The position numbers were made by a program, and so were the translations under genes. The notes beneath the pieces are model-generated. The model was not told the DNA's origin and ran no database searches. It worked only from the letters and a program-made list of their open reading frames with translations. 64,000 nucleotides of DNA from Candidatus Methanomethylicia archaeon (GTDB taxonomy: Archaea; Thermoproteota; Methanomethylicia; Nezhaarchaeales; B40-G2): NCBI GenBank assembly GCA_029259155.1, contig JAPDJI010000026.1, positions 8,445 through 72,444 of the forward strand, read 5' to 3'. This document shows, in pieces, positions 59,389 to 64,000 of the stretch (its first letter is position 1; every line of letters begins with the position of its first letter).

Positions 59389-60612
59389 TTGGCATTTGAT
59401 GTGATTATGGGGTTAGTGGATGAAGCTTATGAAAGGGCCTTTAAGGTTTTAAAGATGAATTCTACAGAGCTGGGTTTCAAGGCTTCCTACGATTATTATA
59501 ACTCGGTGTGGGCTAGGGATGGGGCTATCACCTGTATGGCTGCCTTAATGCTGGGAGATGAGGAGTTGACGGCTACCTGTAGGCGTACCTTGGAGACCTT
59601 GAGGCAGTTTCAGTCCAAGATAGGACAGGTGGCGACGGTTCATTACCTTGATAAGCCGATGACCTACTGGGGTGGGGTTGACTCGACGCTTTGGTATATC
59701 ATTGCCTGCTGGCATTACTATGAGGCTACGAAGGACAATGGTTTCCTTAAACAGTTCTGGCCTTCTATACGTGAAGCGATGCGCTGGGCTTTATACCAAG
59801 ACAACATGAACTGCAACTTGGTGGTTTCGCTTGAAGCAGGCGACTGGATGGATGCTTCGCTTCAGAGAACCGGCTTAGTGTTCTACAATAACTGCCTGTT
59901 CTATGAAGCTGCTCGCAGAGCTTCTCAGCTAGCCAAGGAGTCGGGGGAGGAGCCTTTAATCGATGCGGAGGACGTGAAGGAGAGGGTTAACATAGTTTTC
60001 TGGCCTGTTAAGGGATACAAGGAGGAGCTGTTGCCTTTGCGTTGGGCTCAGGGGGCCTACGAGGAGGCTGTTAACCCTAAGCGTAGACATTACCTTAACT
60101 ACATATCGTTTGAGAGGTACGATGGAAGATGCGACGTGTTAGCACAAGTCTTAGCTGTTATATGGGAGATAGCCGACGAGGACAAGACGCGGAGGATCAT
60201 AGACTACCTGGTTGAGGAGGAGGTTTCAACCCCCTACCCTGCTAAGGCGCTGAACCCTCCTATCTTCGTGCCAGACTATACGTGGAAGCCTCAAATGGAC
60301 CTTTATAGGCCTAGGAACTGGCAGAACCTCCCCTTCTGCTACCATAACGCTGGAGTTTGGCCTTACGTCGGAGGCTTCTACATACTAGCCCTCCTTAAAG
60401 CAGGGCGTAGAGACCTTGCTGAGGCTGAGCTTGAGAGGTTGGCGTTAGCTAATAAGCGTGGTAAGGTTGACTGGGAGTTTAATGAGTGGCTACATGGGAA
60501 GACAGGTGAGCCCATGGGAGCGAGGCTGCAGTCTTGGAGCGCAGCTGGCTACATCATGGCCCACAAGGCAGTAAAGGATGGAGAAGCCCTTAGAGGCATG
60601 GGCCCTATGTAA
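59389..60612 (+). CDS. Six-hairpin glycoside hydrolase, GH100 (neutral invertase)/GDE-C-like
   Basis: YNSVWARDG, VDSTLWYI, DWMD, YHNAGVWPYVGG, FNEWLHGKTGEPMG..QSWSAA. Confidence 0.8.
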   Translation: MAFDVIMGLVDEAYERAFKVLKMNSTELGFKASYDYYNSVWARDGAITCMAALMLGDEELTATCRRTLETLRQFQSKIGQVATVHYLDKPMTYWGGVDSTLWYIIACWHYYEATKDNGFLKQFWPSIREAMRWALYQDNMNCNLVVSLEAGDWMDASLQRTGLVFYNNCLFYEAARRASQLAKESGEEPLIDAEDVKERVNIVFWPVKGYKEELLPLRWAQGAYEEAVNPKRRHYLNYISFERYDGRCDVLAQVLAVIWEIADEDKTRRIIDYLVEEEVSTPYPAKALNPPIFVPDYTWKPQMDLYRPRNWQNLPFCYHNAGVWPYVGGFYILALLKAGRRDLAEAELERLALANKRGKVDWEFNEWLHGKTGEPMGARLQSWSAAGYIMAHKAVKDGEALRGMGPM

Positions 60613-60788
60613 GGTTGACGAGAAAACCAAGATGAGGTAAAACTATTTTTATAATACCTTAACGCGTTTTAAAAGCTATCAGGAAGTTATCAGCGCGCAA
60701 CGACAAGTTGACAACACCTAAACGTGCTACTTAATTAGAGAATAAGTTAAGTTGCTCCGCCTCCTTTGATTACAAGGCCGAGCCATAG

Positions 60789-61133
60789 GTGTACGCGATG
60801 AGGCTGAGGAGTCTTATCGTAGCCTGCTCCATGCTTTTAAGCTTTCTCTTCGTCCTAGACGCTGGCATCACCTACCTTGCTCTACAATTCCTCAACGCTG
60901 TGGAGGTTAACCCTATCTCGGCCTGGCTGATGAAAGTAATGGGCATCGAGCCCACCCTTATCCTAGGGACCTCTATGAAGCTTGGGCTCCTCGCACTGGT
61001 AGTTCACGTTTCTCTTAGGAGAAGAGAGGTTAAGGTTCTTAAAAGAGCCTTCGTGGCGTTGTTGTGTGTTTTAGCCATAACCCTCAGCATTATAATACTG
61101 GGCTTCTCGGCTATCTCAGCTGGTTTCGAGTAG
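60789..61133 (+). CDS. Small membrane protein, DUF5658-like
   Basis: LDAGITY...EVNP motif and three hydrophobic segments. Confidence 0.65.
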   Translation: MYAMRLRSLIVACSMLLSFLFVLDAGITYLALQFLNAVEVNPISAWLMKVMGIEPTLILGTSMKLGLLALVVHVSLRRREVKVLKRAFVALLCVLAITLSIIILGFSAISAGFE

Positions 61134-61200
61134 CCTTTACAGCTTGATTACGATTTTCGTTGAACACAAAATAGTGTAAAGGTAAGGCTCGCTCACCTAT

Positions 61201-63246
61201 TTACAGTGGGAAGCAGGAGGCTAAGATGGCCAGGTCGACGATGTTCACGATGCCGTCGCCATTCAGGTCTGCTTCAGCCACGAAGCCAGGCTCACCAGCT
61301 CTAGCCCCATAGCTCGCCATAAGGATCTCTAGGTCGACTTCATTTACGACGCCGTCAAAGTTTACGTCAGCGAAAATTTCCTCGAAGCCTCCAGGCACGC
61401 CTTCACTCTCCTCGACCGAGTGAAAACCTCCCTGAAAGACGTATAGGGTAGCCTTATTGGTCACGACGTAGATCTTGGACCTATCCTTTGAGAACTGTAG
61501 GAAGCCAACGCTGCCGTCAAGGTCCTCAAAGTTCCATAGTAGGCTTCCCTCAACGTCTCGGATCTCTATGCTATTCTCAGCTATGGCAACGTGGTTGGAG
61601 TCAATGATGCAACCGCAGCTCGACACAGGTCCAAACCAAGCGATCGACCCGTTGGAGTACATCAGCATCCTTCCATAGGAGCCTCCGCTGCCGATCAACA
61701 CGAACTTTCCGTTGGGCTCCACGTCAACCCAGTGGCAGGCACCTCTAGTGTCAAAGCTCCATAGAGGCTCCATGGTGCTCGCATTGACTAGGTAGATCCT
61801 CCCAATCTTGCTAGCGGTGGCGATGAGGCCTTCATCCTCAGAGAGCGCTATGCCGTAATGGAAGGGCCAAGCCTCCACGTAAGCCCTACCTAGAATCTCT
61901 CCGTCGCTTACCCTTACCTTATAGAGGTAGCCATCCCCAGCGCCTGCGTATATCAGCGAGTCATCCTCAGTAAAAACGATCCACCTAACCTGCCCGCATA
62001 GGAAGGTCCTCCATATCTCCATCCCGCTCTCCAAGTCCACTAGTATTAGGTCTCCCCAAGTGTTGCCTATGGCTACGTACCTGCTGTCGTGGCTTATCTT
62101 AACCTCCCTCGACTCCTCGCTAGGGAAGATCCATAAGACGTTCCCCTGCCTGTCAAATAGCCTAACCACCCCCTCCCTCAGGAAGGCAGCTGCGACGTAG
62201 GAGCCATCGCTAGATACATCTACGCCCCATACCTGGTCTGAGGTTAGGTATGACCAGATGATCGAGCCGTTGGTCGATAGGAAATATACTCCATGGTCTG
62301 GAAGACCTATTTCCATCTCCGCCTCTTCGTAATGTCCATTACCGAACACTATGAACCTCTCGTCGGCGCTCAACCTAGCTATCCAGATAGGGTAGCCGCT
62401 AGTCTCAACCTTAGTAACAAGCTCATACTCGGCTACCTCTACCAGCGGCTTCAAGGTAACGTCCACAGTTAGGGTTTCACCGACCTCTGGGAAGATGGCT
62501 TTATTGAACTCCTTGAAGCCTGGAGCCCTAACCCTCAAGTTATAGCCGTGAAGCTCACCTGTGTCCCCATACCTCATGGCGTACACCTCCACCCTAAAGT
62601 AGCCGTCGTGATCAGTAGTGGTGAAGTATCGGGGGCCGTTGGCGCCTTCTAGCTCCACCTCCGCGTCCAGCACGGGGTTGCCTCCAAGGTCCTTTACGTA
62701 GCCCTCCACGACACTATTAGGTTCAAGCTGATCCTCAGGCACAACCAGTAAAAGGTGGGTTATAACTATCTCAGCGCTCTCCCCATCCTTTTCAATCCTA
62801 ACCTTAACCGTTACCTCCCCTCCACCTCTCTCTAGTACACCACAGCTCCTATAGCTCCCGTCTATGAAGTACCAGATAGTCTGGTTCTCCCCCGGGTCTA
62901 AGTAAAGCGTGTAGGGCTGAGGAAATGGCGAGATATCTGAAACCACTATGTCGCCGCTTTCGGCGGATACGTGAAACGTGAGCGTCACGGGCTCGTTGCC
63001 AATGTTCCTCACCTCGATCCCGTTCTTCGCCCACCTCTCAACGGGGAAGCTTGTCTCAATGCTAGGCCTATAGCTAACCTCGATCCCGGGAAAGATAACC
63101 TCCGTGACCTTGCCATCAGGGTCTACGCTTCTACATCCTTCGTCGAGGCCCCTCGAAGCAGCGATGGAGGTTATGCACAGCGAAGCGAGCACAATGATTG
63201 AGAGCAGAGCTGTGAGCAGCTTAAGCTTCAAGGCTTGCACCCACAA
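61201..63246 (-). CDS. Secreted protein: Ig-like/carboxypeptidase-regulatory-like domain, PQQ/WD40-like beta-propeller, C-terminal dockerin
   Basis: Signal peptide; VEGYVKD..GNPV.DAEV...TTDHDGYF; repeated G..(L/I)W blades; DVNFDGVVNEVD and DLNGDGIVNIVD. Confidence 0.85.
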   Translation of the reverse strand: MWVQALKLKLLTALLSIIVLASLCITSIAASRGLDEGCRSVDPDGKVTEVIFPGIEVSYRPSIETSFPVERWAKNGIEVRNIGNEPVTLTFHVSAESGDIVVSDISPFPQPYTLYLDPGENQTIWYFIDGSYRSCGVLERGGGEVTVKVRIEKDGESAEIVITHLLLVVPEDQLEPNSVVEGYVKDLGGNPVLDAEVELEGANGPRYFTTTDHDGYFRVEVYAMRYGDTGELHGYNLRVRAPGFKEFNKAIFPEVGETLTVDVTLKPLVEVAEYELVTKVETSGYPIWIARLSADERFIVFGNGHYEEAEMEIGLPDHGVYFLSTNGSIIWSYLTSDQVWGVDVSSDGSYVAAAFLREGVVRLFDRQGNVLWIFPSEESREVKISHDSRYVAIGNTWGDLILVDLESGMEIWRTFLCGQVRWIVFTEDDSLIYAGAGDGYLYKVRVSDGEILGRAYVEAWPFHYGIALSEDEGLIATASKIGRIYLVNASTMEPLWSFDTRGACHWVDVEPNGKFVLIGSGGSYGRMLMYSNGSIAWFGPVSSCGCIIDSNHVAIAENSIEIRDVEGSLLWNFEDLDGSVGFLQFSKDRSKIYVVTNKATLYVFQGGFHSVEESEGVPGGFEEIFADVNFDGVVNEVDLEILMASYGARAGEPGFVAEADLNGDGIVNIVDLAILASCFPL

Positions 63247-63380
63247 AAACTGACGTTAAGAGTCGAATTTAAAACCCTACATCCATCTGAACCCAGCGCT
63301 GAGGACAAAGAACAAGTTCACGGTGTCCGTTTAAGGGTTTTAAGCAGGGTTTTTATAGGATGATGTAGCCCATCCACTTG

Positions 63381-64000
63381 ATGCAGGAGAAAAGCAGTAC
63401 GTTAAATATACCTTTAGAGGAGCTCAAGCTCGTAGGCATCACCGGTAGCACCACTTCAACCTCTGAGGCTCCTTTAATCCTCGTGGAAGGGATGGAGAGA
63501 GAAGTAAGGGAGGAGGACGTTGTTTTAATAGAGAACCTTAACGGAGGCCTCATATTAGCCGTCTGTAGAGGAGGCTTAGGCATAGACGACAACTTGAGGG
63601 TCGGCTCCTATAGCCCAGGCATAGCTTACGTTAGGTCTACCGGTAAAGCGCCATCAACAGCTAAGGAGGCGTATCACTTTATCCTGTCATTCATAGGAAT
63701 GGTTGAAGACGATAGCTTAAGGGCCAATGATGTGATAGTTGCTCCAGGCTCGCCTGTTTATGTATTTAGGGGAAGTAAGAACAACCCCTTGGAGTTTATG
63801 CGTCCAGACGATTGTGTGTTCGGGGGGTTTTTAGCGAGAGAGAAAAACTGGCCAATTCCCTTCGATAAGAGGTTTATTCCATATCATATAGGCGTTTTCG
63901 GAGCCACCGGTTCAGGCAAATCCTTCTTGGCCAGATATCTCCTAATCCCTTTGCTTAAGAAGTCCGGGTATGGAGTCCTTGTTTTGGACTGGGCGGGGGT
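63381..64000 (+). CDS. HerA/DUF87-family ATPase, 5' part (runs off window end)
   Basis: Manual translation MQEKSSTLNIPLEELKLVG...PGSPVY...YHIGVFGATGSGKSFLA...VLVLDWAG; absent from the ORF track because no stop is reached. Confidence 0.88.
   Translation, partial: MQEKSSTLNIPLEELKLVGITGSTTSTSEAPLILVEGMEREVREEDVVLIENLNGGLILAVCRGGLGIDDNLRVGSYSPGIAYVRSTGKAPSTAKEAYHFILSFIGMVEDDSLRANDVIVAPGSPVYVFRGSKNNPLEFMRPDDCVFGGFLAREKNWPIPFDKRFIPYHIGVFGATGSGKSFLARYLLIPLLKKSGYGVLVLDWAG

Noticed and set aside
63353-63592. 79-aa minus-strand ORF
   Set aside because: Antisense shadow of the HerA-like gene on the plus strand
1-64000. CRISPR array, rRNA genes, IS/transposase, integrase, inteins
   Set aside because: No regularly spaced repeats or such motifs were seen by eye, and common intein hosts here (RadA, IleRS, ValRS, PpsA) have normal lengths

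Overview
Gene-dense 64 kb window from an archaeal chromosome. Gene content and protein style suggest a thermophilic TACK/Thermoproteota lineage; the exact taxon is inference only. About 59 kb is housekeeping: the exosome/proteasome cluster (Brix, rpl37ae, rrp42/41/4, SBDS, psmA), rpl3-4-23-2, ileS, aglB, the eIF2a-S27e-L44e-GINS-primase-PCNA-TFS cluster, srp54-pus10, rpoF-rsmA, ppsA, radA, KEOPS genes (bud32, kae1, pcc1), the rps15-RecJ-like-serS-rps3ae cluster, eIF5A, aRF1 and valS. Two tRNAs are present: Ser(UGA) with an 18-nt BHB intron, and Ala(CGC). Accessory patches lie at about 31-33 kb, at 35.8-37.8 kb (K+ channel plus a frameshifted secreted-protein remnant) and downstream of tRNA-Ala (GH100-like hydrolase, dockerin/beta-propeller secreted protein, truncated HerA-like ATPase). 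The most notable observations are: an unannotated C/D-box-like sRNA with two segments apparently antisense to 23S rRNA; a methanogen-type SerRS; two orphan coiled-coil genes inside the bud32/kae1 locus; catalytically eroded RecJ/Cdc45 and DUF99 homologs; an inverted rpl21e; and a sharp C-to-G skew switch at tRNA-Ala. No CRISPR array, rRNA gene, transposase or integrase was seen. I cannot firmly establish a complete novel system; the candidates are listed with tests. All family calls come from motif recognition, not database searches.
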